27,146 nucleotides of DNA from a virus (lineage: Duplodnaviria > Caudoviricetes): positions 1 through 27,146 of IMG/VR virus record IMGVR_UViG_3300018073_000022; one strand, 5' to 3'. The notes under the pieces were generated by a model. It was given only the letters and a program-made list of their open reading frames with translations, did no database searches and was not told the DNA's origin. Made by a program: the position numbers and the translations under genes. Below are positions 1 to 6,539 of the stretch, in pieces (position 1 is the stretch's first letter; every line of letters begins with the position of its first letter).

Positions 1-2
1 GA

Positions 3-101
3 GGACTCCGGCTTGACCGTTCCATCGAAGGATTCTCCTGGTGGAACGCTCAGGATCTGAAAAAGCTGCCGGCGCTCAAAAAGAAGAGGCCAAAGCCATG
101 A
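3..101 (+). CDS. 3' end of a hypothetical protein (5'-truncated by the window)
   Basis: Open frame GLRLDRSIEGFSWWNAQDLKKLPALKKKRPKP* whose TGA (99-101) overlaps the next ATG (98-100) as ATGA. Confidence 0.6.
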   Translation, partial: GLRLDRSIEGFSWWNAQDLKKLPALKKKRPKP

Positions 102-325
102 TCCGGAGGCAATCATTCGCCCACAAAGGTATCCGTATGACCGGTGAGGCGGTGCCTGTGGAGTACAACGAGATCTCGATCACGCGCACGAGCCGCTCGA
201 CGGTGCGGTGCCATTTCTGCCTGGAGCCGGCCGCCGGGGAGCGGCTGAGGCTCGGCCTGGTGCGGGCGCGGGTGTGTCCGCCGTGCCGCGTGGCCCGCAA
301 TATTCCGTTGGAGGTGAAAGCATGA
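98..325 (+). CDS. Small hypothetical protein with CxxC...CxxC zinc-finger-like motif
   Basis: ATG at 98 coupled to the upstream stop; CHFC and CPPC pairs; stop overlaps the next start. Confidence 0.7.
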   Translation: MIRRQSFAHKGIRMTGEAVPVEYNEISITRTSRSTVRCHFCLEPAAGERLRLGLVRARVCPPCRVARNIPLEVKA

Positions 326-912
326 GCCTGCCCCGTCCGATCATCCCGGCGCCGAAGGGCATCGAGATCCATCCGTATACCGATCCTAGGCCCAAGGTGT
401 TCGAGGGCGCCACCACTCCGCTCGCTGTCGACGTGGCCAATATGGGCAATGCGCCGCGGCTGCCCGCCGCCGAAGGCGAGTACAAGAAGCGCGTGACCGC
501 CAGGACCAAAGCCAAGGCCAAGTCGAACGAGTCGGTCAAGCGGCGTGACCTGATCCCCGGGCATGAGATCTATCTCATGATCTGCCAGCAGGTGGGCGGC
601 GATCCCACGGCGAAGAAGACGATCACCATCGATGCCGGCGAAGAGCGCACCGCCATGAAAGTGCGGGTGAATTTCTACTCGTGGCGCCAGGCCACCATCC
701 GCGAACTCGGCCCGGATTTCGCCAAGGACAACCACCTCCAGGACATCAAGGTCTATCTCGACCCGGTGCTGGATTCGAATGGGGTGATCGTGCGCCATCC
801 GCGCCGGCATATCCCCAAGTCCAATGGCAAGGTGATCTTCTATTCGATCCGGAGCATGCGCGAAATGGTGGCCCTGTCGCAGGCGCTGCCGCAGTTAGGA
901 GTCACGCCATGA
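322..912 (+). CDS. Hypothetical protein (196 aa)
   Basis: GGAGGT Shine-Dalgarno before ATG 322; ATGA overlaps at both ends; GC3-rich codon usage. Confidence 0.8.
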   Translation: MSLPRPIIPAPKGIEIHPYTDPRPKVFEGATTPLAVDVANMGNAPRLPAAEGEYKKRVTARTKAKAKSNESVKRRDLIPGHEIYLMICQQVGGDPTAKKTITIDAGEERTAMKVRVNFYSWRQATIRELGPDFAKDNHLQDIKVYLDPVLDSNGVIVRHPRRHIPKSNGKVIFYSIRSMREMVALSQALPQLGVTP

Positions 913-1079
913 CCACCCGGGAGGCGGAAGACACGCTGTGCCCGTTCTGCAAGCTGCCGCTGGTGGAGTGCGCCTGCTCAGAACCGGAACCCGAGCCGGT
1001 GCGCTGCGTCGAGTGCGGCATGCCGGTGTTCCTGTGCGAGTGCGATGTGAAGATTCTCGAGGAGGAAGGGAAAGCCTGA
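909..1079 (+). CDS. Small Cys-rich protein with two CxxCxxPxxxCxC repeats
   Basis: MTTREAEDTLCPFCKLPLVECAC...CVECGMPVFLCEC; ATGA overlap with the upstream gene. Confidence 0.75.
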   Translation: MTTREAEDTLCPFCKLPLVECACSEPEPEPVRCVECGMPVFLCECDVKILEEEGKA

Positions 1080-1264
1080 TGGAATGGATCTGTTTCACCG
1101 CCGCGCTCCTGGCTTGCATGCTCACCTTGGGCAACGCCCTCGTCGCCTCGTGGGTCAGCGGCAAGACGGACCGGCGCATCCAGGAGTTGGAGGCGCGGCT
1201 CTCAGGCCTCGAGCGGGTGCGCTCCGCCGATCCCTACGTGTACCAGCCGCAGGATCTCGAATAG
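1079..1264 (+). CDS. Small membrane-anchored protein with short coiled coil
   Basis: TGATG overlap; purine-rich SD; hydrophobic N-terminus MEWICFTAALLACMLTLGNALVA followed by RIQELEARLSGLE. Confidence 0.7.
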   Translation: MEWICFTAALLACMLTLGNALVASWVSGKTDRRIQELEARLSGLERVRSADPYVYQPQDLE

Positions 1265-1266
1265 AT

Positions 1267-1316
1267 TCTACCTAGCACAAATAAGTACCTATGTACTATT
1301 GCAAGTCTACCTAGCA
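1267..1316. repeat. 11-bp direct repeat TCTACCTAGCA x2 (operator-like), with a partial TACCTA between
   Basis: Exact copies at 1267-1277 and 1306-1316; core TACCTA also at 1286-1291. The second copy lies in the promoter spacer. Confidence 0.7.
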
Positions 1317-1328
1317 TCGGGTTACTAT
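1299..1328 (+). promoter_or_regulatory. Putative sigma70-type promoter (TTGCAA-N18-TACTAT)
   Basis: AT-rich intergenic gap; -35 at 1299-1304, -10 at 1323-1328, SD AAAGGA at 1337-1342 before ATG 1354. Confidence 0.6.
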
Positions 1329-1353
1329 CAGAACAGAAAGGATCACACACACA

Positions 1354-1620
1354 ATGACCATCAACTTCCACAATCACGATGCCGACAAGGCCCGCTTCGA
1401 GGCCAAACTCCAGGGCGAAACCGCCTGGTTCTCGATCACCGCCAATGACGGCTTCTCCAACTTCACGCTGTTCTTCGATCCCAAGAACATCGCCCACGTC
1501 ATGGGCCAGATGGAGAAAGCGCTCGGCGAGATGGAGACCATCGCCGCCCACCTCGACCGCGACTCCGACGGCGAGCTCGCCCCCGCGGGCGTGTCCGAAC
1601 AGGACGGGGTGCTCGTCTAA
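1354..1620 (+). CDS. Hypothetical protein (88 aa)
   Basis: SD, good codon bias, TAATG overlap with the downstream recombinase. Confidence 0.8.
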   Translation: MTINFHNHDADKARFEAKLQGETAWFSITANDGFSNFTLFFDPKNIAHVMGQMEKALGEMETIAAHLDRDSDGELAPAGVSEQDGVLV

Positions 1621-2510
1621 TGAGCGAGAATCTCCCCGCACGCATGGGTCTGGCCGAGGTCCAGACCCTCGGCGCTTTGCTGGCCAAGTCCGGCTACTTC
1701 GCCGATGCCAAGGACGCCGCGCAGGCTTGTGTCAAGGTGCTGGCAGGGCAGGAACTCGGCCTGCCCCCGATTGCCTCGATGATGGGCATCTCGCTCATCA
1801 AGGGCAAGGTCACCTTGTCCGCCAATCTCATGGCTGCGCTGATCCGCCAGCATGGCTACGACTTCCGCGTCGAGCGGCTCGAGCAGGATGGCTGCACCCT
1901 CTCCTTCCTCGCCAAGGACGGCAAGGAGCTCGGCAAGTCCACCTTCACCGCCAAGGATGCTCAAGCCGCCGGCATCCGCGGCGACATGTATAACAAATAC
2001 CCCCGCAACATGTACTTCGCCCGCGCCATCTCGAATGGGGCCAAGTGGTTCACGCCCGAGATCTTCGGCGGCGTGCCCGTCTACTCGGACGGCGAACTCG
2101 GCGAAGGGGAAACGGCCGAGGCCGAAGCACCTGCCCCGGCGCCCGCTCCCGTGCCCGCCAGACGCGTCGAAGAGGCCAAGCCTGCCCCGGCACCCCTCCC
2201 CGACATCGAGCCTCGCCTCGCCGAACTGTACGCGCAGGCGACCGGGTTTGCCGAGACGGTGCAAATTGTGACCGGGTTCAAACCGATCATCAACGAACTC
2301 ACCGGCTCCGAGCACGAGTACTATCGCATCATCGGCGAGCACGGCATGCAGCATGGGAATGAGTTGCACGGCCGCACGAGGCGACAGATCAGAGAAATCA
2401 TCAAGAGCTTGTATGAGTACTGCACGCAGGTTGCTAGCCCGCCTCCCCCCGATCAGGCAGAGGCGGATCCGGCCTGGGAAGCCTTGGCTGAGGGCACCGA
2501 TGCACGATAA
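1620..2510 (+). CDS. RecT/Bet-like single-strand annealing protein
   Basis: KVLAGQELGLPPIASMMGISLIKGKVTLSANLMAALI and A..AG...MY.KYPRNM.FARAIS...F.PEI.GG.VY..GEL pattern of phage RecT-type recombinases; Pro/Ala linker; next to Gp157. Confidence 0.8.
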   Translation: MSENLPARMGLAEVQTLGALLAKSGYFADAKDAAQACVKVLAGQELGLPPIASMMGISLIKGKVTLSANLMAALIRQHGYDFRVERLEQDGCTLSFLAKDGKELGKSTFTAKDAQAAGIRGDMYNKYPRNMYFARAISNGAKWFTPEIFGGVPVYSDGELGEGETAEAEAPAPAPAPVPARRVEEAKPAPAPLPDIEPRLAELYAQATGFAETVQIVTGFKPIINELTGSEHEYYRIIGEHGMQHGNELHGRTRRQIREIIKSLYEYCTQVASPPPPDQAEADPAWEALAEGTDAR

Positions 2511-3075
2511 CAAGCTCTCCCTCTATGCCATCGAGCAGGAGTTGACGCAGTTCATCGACACCGAGGCGCTCGTCCCCGAAGACCAGCTCCAAGCCTTCCA
2601 GGCCGCCTTCCTCGAGAAGACGCAGCAGGCGGTAGCCAAGCGCGGCAATTGCATCCGGGCCATCTCCCACATCGAGGCGCAGATTGCCGGCGCCAAAGCC
2701 GAGGAGAACCGCATCGCCGAGTGGCGCAAGTCTCTTGAGTCGGGCCTCGAGCGCTTCAAAGCCTACCTCATCCGCTGCATCGAACTGTCGGGCCAAAAGA
2801 AAGTCGAGGCCGACAACGGCAGCCTTGCCATCCAGGCCAACCCGGAGAGTGTCGAGATCACCGACTTGGATGCGGTGCCCGACGAGTTCAAGACCTTCAC
2901 GGTCCAGATGAGCGGCGCTGCCTGGCGGGAACTCTCTGCCGATCTCGAAGACAGGATGGACATCAAAGTCACCTACACGGCAGACAAAGTGGCCCTTCGA
3001 AAGGCTATGAAAGAAGGCCGGGATATACCGGGAGTTGATCTCAAATTCGGGCGCAACCGGCTCGTCGTTCGTTAG
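2500..3075 (+). CDS. Siphovirus Gp157-family protein
   Basis: LSLYAI N-terminus, K.EE.RI.E.RK.LE...ERFK.YL coiled coil, NPESVEI.D...VP.EF and DK..L.KA.K.G.DIPGV.L C-terminus; start at ATG 2500. Confidence 0.85.
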   Translation: MHDNKLSLYAIEQELTQFIDTEALVPEDQLQAFQAAFLEKTQQAVAKRGNCIRAISHIEAQIAGAKAEENRIAEWRKSLESGLERFKAYLIRCIELSGQKKVEADNGSLAIQANPESVEITDLDAVPDEFKTFTVQMSGAAWRELSADLEDRMDIKVTYTADKVALRKAMKEGRDIPGVDLKFGRNRLVVR

Positions 3076-3085
3076 ATAATTCCTC

Positions 3086-3451
3086 ATGCCCGGTCTACCT
3101 CAGATGCTGCGCCGCCTCGGACTCACCATCCAGGCGGCTCCTTCCCCCCCGGAGAAGGTGCTGCCCCTCGCCATCCGCGATCACGTCCGGTTTCGACAGC
3201 TGGATCTGCTCATCGACAACGGCTTTGGCAACCAGCCGCAGGACAAGATCCCCGACGAGGTGATGATTGCCGTCGAGGAAGGCTTGCCCATCCCCTTCCG
3301 CGGCCCCGATCGCGACACCGTCTTCGCCGCTCCAGTCTCGGAGCGCAAGCCTGAGAAGAAGCGAGTCCTCGACGAGGAGAAGATCCAGCGCCGACGCGAC
3401 AATGCGCGGAAGCGGTACGAGTATTTGTACGGAAGGAAAGAAACCAAATGA
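3086..3451 (+). CDS. Hypothetical protein (121 aa, basic C-terminus)
   Basis: Fills the gap in the operon; stop overlaps ATG 3448. Confidence 0.7.
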   Translation: MPGLPQMLRRLGLTIQAAPSPPEKVLPLAIRDHVRFRQLDLLIDNGFGNQPQDKIPDEVMIAVEEGLPIPFRGPDRDTVFAAPVSERKPEKKRVLDEEKIQRRRDNARKRYEYLYGRKETK

Positions 3452-3591
3452 AACAACAAGCAATGCGTGTGGTCGCAGTCGATGAGGACGGAGTCGCCCA
3501 GGTGCGCCGCCTCTCCTGGCTCGAGTGGCTCGCCTACCACACGTCTTATGCCGTGGGCTGGCTCGCCGCCTGGTTCCAAGGCAAGCGCTGA
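3448..3591 (+). CDS. Small hypothetical protein (47 aa), not in ORF track
   Basis: GGAAGG SD, ATGA overlap; MKQQAMRVVAVDEDGVAQVRRLSWLEWLAYHTSYAVGWLAAWFQGKR*. Confidence 0.6.
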   Translation: MKQQAMRVVAVDEDGVAQVRRLSWLEWLAYHTSYAVGWLAAWFQGKR

Positions 3592-3671
3592 TGGACGTGG
3601 TGTACGTGGCGCTCGCGTTCTTCGCCCTCCTCAACCTCCTGGGATGGCTGAAATTTCGCAGGCGCCGTTAG
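3591..3671 (+). CDS. 26-aa single-pass membrane peptide, not in ORF track
   Basis: TGATG coupling; MDVVYVALAFFALLNLLGWLKFRRRR*, a hydrophobic helix with a basic tail. Confidence 0.5.
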   Translation: MDVVYVALAFFALLNLLGWLKFRRRR

Positions 3672-3678
3672 AAATTAC

Positions 3679-4032
3679 ATGAAAAAAAGCAAGATCCCCG
3701 CCGCCAAATCCCCCCATGAAGAGGCCTTCGCCATTGCCTGGCGCGTGCTCAACGGCCCCCCCTTCGAGCGTGAGTACAAGTTTTTCATTGGACGTGGCTG
3801 GCGCTTCGACTTCGCTTGGCCCGAAGCCAAGATTGCGGTGGAGATCGAAGGCGGAATCCATGAGGGACCGGCGCGCGGCCGCCACCTGAGGCAGGAGGGA
3901 TTCTCTAACGATTGCATTAAGTACAACGAGGCAAGCTTCCTCTCCTGGAGGGTATGGAGAATTCCCCCGGCCCTCATTCAGACGGCGCTGCTTCAGCGTT
4001 TGATCCTCGAGATCCGGCGGTGTGCGCCATGA
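3679..4032 (+). CDS. PD-(D/E)XK endonuclease, Vsr/DUF559-like
   Basis: EYKF...WRFDFAWPEAKIAVEIEGG...GRH....GFSNDCIKYNEA...W motif typical of this phage nuclease family. Confidence 0.85.
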   Translation: MKKSKIPAAKSPHEEAFAIAWRVLNGPPFEREYKFFIGRGWRFDFAWPEAKIAVEIEGGIHEGPARGRHLRQEGFSNDCIKYNEASFLSWRVWRIPPALIQTALLQRLILEIRRCAP

Positions 4033-4373
4033 TCTCCATCTTCCTCGAAGACTCCTTTGACGCCGCGCACTGGCTGCCGAACGTGAGGGAAGACCACAAG
4101 TGCCGCCGCCCGCACGGCCACACCTACCGCATCCGCCTCGAGGTGACGGGCCAGGTGGACACCACGTCCGGCTGGATCATGGATTACGCCGAACTCCGGG
4201 AGAAGTGGCTGCCGCTCAAGGAGAAGCTCGACCACCGCTCGCTCAACGATTTCCTCCCCAATCCCACCTGCGAAGTGATTGCCGCCTGGATCGTGGCGAA
4301 CCTGTGCGTTCCCGGCCTCAAGCGCCTCGAGTTGCGCGAGACCGTGAACTGCGGCGTGGTCTACACCCTATGA
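4029..4373 (+). CDS. queD: 6-carboxy-5,6,7,8-tetrahydropterin synthase (QueD)
   Basis: FDAAHWLP, HKCRRPHGHTY (catalytic Cys and Zn-binding His), GWIMDY, LDHRSLND, NPTCE, RET; ATG 4029 overlaps the upstream stop. Confidence 0.93.
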   Translation: MISIFLEDSFDAAHWLPNVREDHKCRRPHGHTYRIRLEVTGQVDTTSGWIMDYAELREKWLPLKEKLDHRSLNDFLPNPTCEVIAAWIVANLCVPGLKRLELRETVNCGVVYTL

Positions 4374-4981
4374 CCTTCCTCCTCGACACCTCCGAAGACC
4401 TGGCCGTGTGCGCCTCGGACCTCGGCGTCGAGCCAATTCAGGTGGGGCAGCTCCTCACCCCCCTCACCCGCTTCTCGAACCGGGGCGGCGCGTTTGCCAT
4501 CGACAACGGCGCCTACTCCTCGTTCGATCCCGCCTCCTACCGCTCCCTGCTCAAGCGGGAATGGGAGAACCGGGGGCGGTGCCTGTTCGTGGTGGCCCCC
4601 GACATGGTAGGTAGCCAGTCCCTCACGCTTGACCTGTGGGAACGGTGGCGCAAGGATCTCTCGGGCTGGCCCAAGGTGGCGCTGGTGTTGCAGAACGGCG
4701 CCGAGCACCACCGCCTGCCTTGGCACGAGTTCGATGCCCTGTTCGTCGGCGGCGACGACGCCTTCAAGACTTCCCCGGTAGCCCGCCAGCATATCCGCGC
4801 GGCCAAGATGTTCGGCAAGTGGGTGCATGTCGGCCGGGTGAACACGCCCGAGCGCTACCGCTGGTGCGAGGAGGGGGAGGTGGACTCGATCGATGGCAGC
4901 GGGATCAGCCAGTACTCGAGTATGCGCGCCTCCCTCACCGGCCACGCTCAGGTGCCGCTCGATCTGGAGGTTGCGCTATGA
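4370..4981 (+). CDS. Compact TGT-fold protein, probable DpdA-like 7-deazaguanine DNA transglycosylase
   Basis: Ordered motifs IDNGAY, APDMVG, VLQNG, FVGG, HVGRVN, DSIDGSG match the TGT barrel series (DSGG, D, QGG, GG, xxGV, DxxD); ATGA-coupled to queD. Confidence 0.7.
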   Translation: MTFLLDTSEDLAVCASDLGVEPIQVGQLLTPLTRFSNRGGAFAIDNGAYSSFDPASYRSLLKREWENRGRCLFVVAPDMVGSQSLTLDLWERWRKDLSGWPKVALVLQNGAEHHRLPWHEFDALFVGGDDAFKTSPVARQHIRAAKMFGKWVHVGRVNTPERYRWCEEGEVDSIDGSGISQYSSMRASLTGHAQVPLDLEVAL

Positions 4982-5187
4982 GCAAACCACTCGGATTGTC
5001 GCAGCAGGACTACGAGGAGCTTGAAAAACCCCGGCCGGCGCCGGAACCGCTTTCCCCTTTGCCCGGCCTGAGCCTGTGGGATAACTGCTTGTGGGTCATC
5101 GCCTGCCTCACCTTTCTGGTATGCCTCGGCTTCTTCTTCGTTACTGCACTGTTGTGCAGGATGGTCACGGGGAGGTGGCCGCGATGA
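4978..5187 (+). CDS. Small membrane protein (69 aa)
   Basis: GGAGG SD, ATGA overlap; hydrophobic segment LWVIACLTFLVCLGFFFVTALLC. Confidence 0.7.
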   Translation: MSKPLGLSQQDYEELEKPRPAPEPLSPLPGLSLWDNCLWVIACLTFLVCLGFFFVTALLCRMVTGRWPR

Positions 5188-5381
5188 TCATCACGTTCCA
5201 CGAACATAACCTGCCCGCCGGGATCAAGCCCTACACCATCGAGGTCAACTCGATCCTCGGCACTGTCAACGAGGATAGCGGGGCGCTCGCCGTCCTCCTG
5301 GCTCTGCCGTATGGCGAATGGCAGCTCACCGTCACCAACCATACCGAGGTCTACCTCGGCCGCCTCACGGTGGAACCATGA
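5184..5381 (+). CDS. Hypothetical protein (65 aa)
   Basis: GGAGGT SD, ATGA overlaps at both ends. Confidence 0.7.
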   Translation: MIITFHEHNLPAGIKPYTIEVNSILGTVNEDSGALAVLLALPYGEWQLTVTNHTEVYLGRLTVEP

Positions 5382-5563
5382 TCATCCTCAATTGCCTCGA
5401 GTTGACCCGCATGCCCGCGCTCGCCTCGCATGCCGATCCGGATGGCTCGGTGGTGGTCACCACCCTCGGCAGCCGGGTGCGCCTCGATTCTAAGAACCTC
5501 AAGCTTCAAGTGCTGGTCCGTATCGCATTAAGTCTGGCTTTAGGAAGGCATTCGAAACCATGA
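5378..5563 (+). CDS. Hypothetical protein (61 aa)
   Basis: ATGA overlaps at both ends. Confidence 0.6.
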   Translation: MIILNCLELTRMPALASHADPDGSVVVTTLGSRVRLDSKNLKLQVLVRIALSLALGRHSKP

Positions 5564-5712
5564 CCGAAGAGCAACTCGACTATCTCCGGCGCCTGCATAC
5601 CATCATGCAACTGGTGCTCTCATCGCTCAGCAACGAGCCGCTTTCGCGTCCGTTCTGGCTCGACAAGCTCGAGCAACTGTCGGTAGCGGCTATCAAGGCA
5701 GGTGTCCAATGA
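5560..5712 (+). CDS. Hypothetical protein (50 aa), not in ORF track
   Basis: AGGAAGG upstream; ATGA overlaps at both ends; MTEEQLDYLRRLHTIMQLVLSSLSNEPLSRPFWLDKLEQLSVAAIKAGVQ*. Confidence 0.6.
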   Translation: MTEEQLDYLRRLHTIMQLVLSSLSNEPLSRPFWLDKLEQLSVAAIKAGVQ

Positions 5713-5900
5713 CCACTACTCCACCCAAGACGTATTTAGGCGACGCCGTATACGCCGAATGGGAAAACGGAGTGCTAAAACTCACGACGAGCCACGGCAT
5801 CGGCGACACCAACACGATCTATCTCGAATTGGAAGTTCTCGACAGCTTGAAGAGCTATCTGAAGACGAGCGGGGATCTGCTGCGGGAGACCGCCACATGA
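5709..5900 (+). CDS. Small phage hypothetical protein (63 aa)
   Basis: YLGDAVYAEW...L.T..G...TNTIYLE.EVL pattern, which I recall from other small phage proteins; ATGA overlaps at both ends. Confidence 0.75.
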   Translation: MTTTPPKTYLGDAVYAEWENGVLKLTTSHGIGDTNTIYLELEVLDSLKSYLKTSGDLLRETAT

Positions 5901-6376
5901 GACTGGCCTTCACGGATGAGCTCATCGTTACCAACCACTTCGACGGAGAGATGTCGATGCTCGCCGACCGCCATTACTCCCGGCGCACGGTGGGCGCGCG
6001 GCAGTTCCTCTACTCAGGGCGCAAGCTCGTCATCCGGGACGCCGCCGGGGACGTGCTCTTCGGCTGGCTGTATCCGCGCGAGGACATGCGGATGGACGCT
6101 CAGACCGGCTACAACTGCGCGATCTTCCGCAACGAATCCAGCCGCCGGTCGAGCGACATCATCCTCGAATGCGAGGCGATTGCCTTCGAGAAGTGGGGCC
6201 CGAACCGGCTGTACACCTACGTCGATCCGGCCAAGATCCGCAGCGCCAATCCCGGCTACTGCTTCAAGCAGGCAGGGTGGAAGACGGTGCGCCGCGCCGA
6301 CGGCAGCGTCCACGTCAGTCAGGCAGGCCAGCACCTGTTATACAAACCGTTGGCTTTAGGAAGGCAGAACAAGTAG
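5897..6376 (+). CDS. Mom-like GNAT-fold protein, putative DNA adenine modification enzyme
   Basis: N-terminal RHYS, then LYTYVDP and NPGYCFKQAGW resembling the Mom-family HY, xYAD and GxxYxAxNW motifs; real start probably ATG 5897 (GGGAG SD, ATGA overlap). Confidence 0.6.
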   Translation: MRLAFTDELIVTNHFDGEMSMLADRHYSRRTVGARQFLYSGRKLVIRDAAGDVLFGWLYPREDMRMDAQTGYNCAIFRNESSRRSSDIILECEAIAFEKWGPNRLYTYVDPAKIRSANPGYCFKQAGWKTVRRADGSVHVSQAGQHLLYKPLALGRQNK

Positions 6377-6399
6377 CCGTGGGTTTGATCGTAAAACTA

Positions 6400-6428
6400 T
6401 TGCCATCAACAGCATCTAGAGTTAGACT
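6400..6428 (+). promoter_or_regulatory. Putative sigma70-type promoter of the replication operon (TTGCCA-N17-TAGACT)
   Basis: -35 at 6400-6405 and -10 at 6423-6428 with 17-bp spacing in an AT-rich intergenic gap. Confidence 0.65.
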
Positions 6429-6430
6429 TA

Positions 6431-6539
6431 TCCGTCGGCCAAAGCAGCGAGGGTAGCTCCCCCGTTGTTCGACGGAATCTGCCGGGACTACGGCGGGCTG
6501 TTCCTTATCCAGCCCGCCCCCGGTGAGCCAGATAAGGAA
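6431..6539 (+). promoter_or_regulatory. Structured RNA leader: two hairpins, second loop complementary to the RBS
   Basis: TCCGTCG(6431-37)/CGACGGA(6470-76) closing a GGG-TAGCT-CCC top; GGCGGGCTG(6492-6500)/CAGCCCGCC(6510-18) with loop TTCCTTATC, the reverse complement of GATAAGGAA (6531-39). Confidence 0.7.

Larger units (their letters stand above)
5535..6366 (+). repeat. Exact 16-bp direct repeat TGGCTTTAGGAAGGCA (5535-5550 and 6351-6366)
   Basis: Read directly from the sequence; both copies fall in an LALGR-encoding stretch near a gene end. Confidence 0.85.

Noticed and set aside
4100-4369. N-terminal extension of the 293-aa ORF, or a QueD-TGT fusion
   Set aside because: The extension is a shadow frame over queD; the two genes are in different frames joined by a normal ATGA overlap.
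5702-5896. N-terminal extension of the 224-aa ORF in the track
   Set aside because: It overlaps the better-supported 5709-5900 gene; the Mom-like protein more plausibly starts at ATG 5897.
6431-6535. Possible tRNA gene or intrinsic terminator
   Set aside because: No cloverleaf with T-loop or anticodon arm, and no U-tract after the GC stem; retained only as a structured leader.
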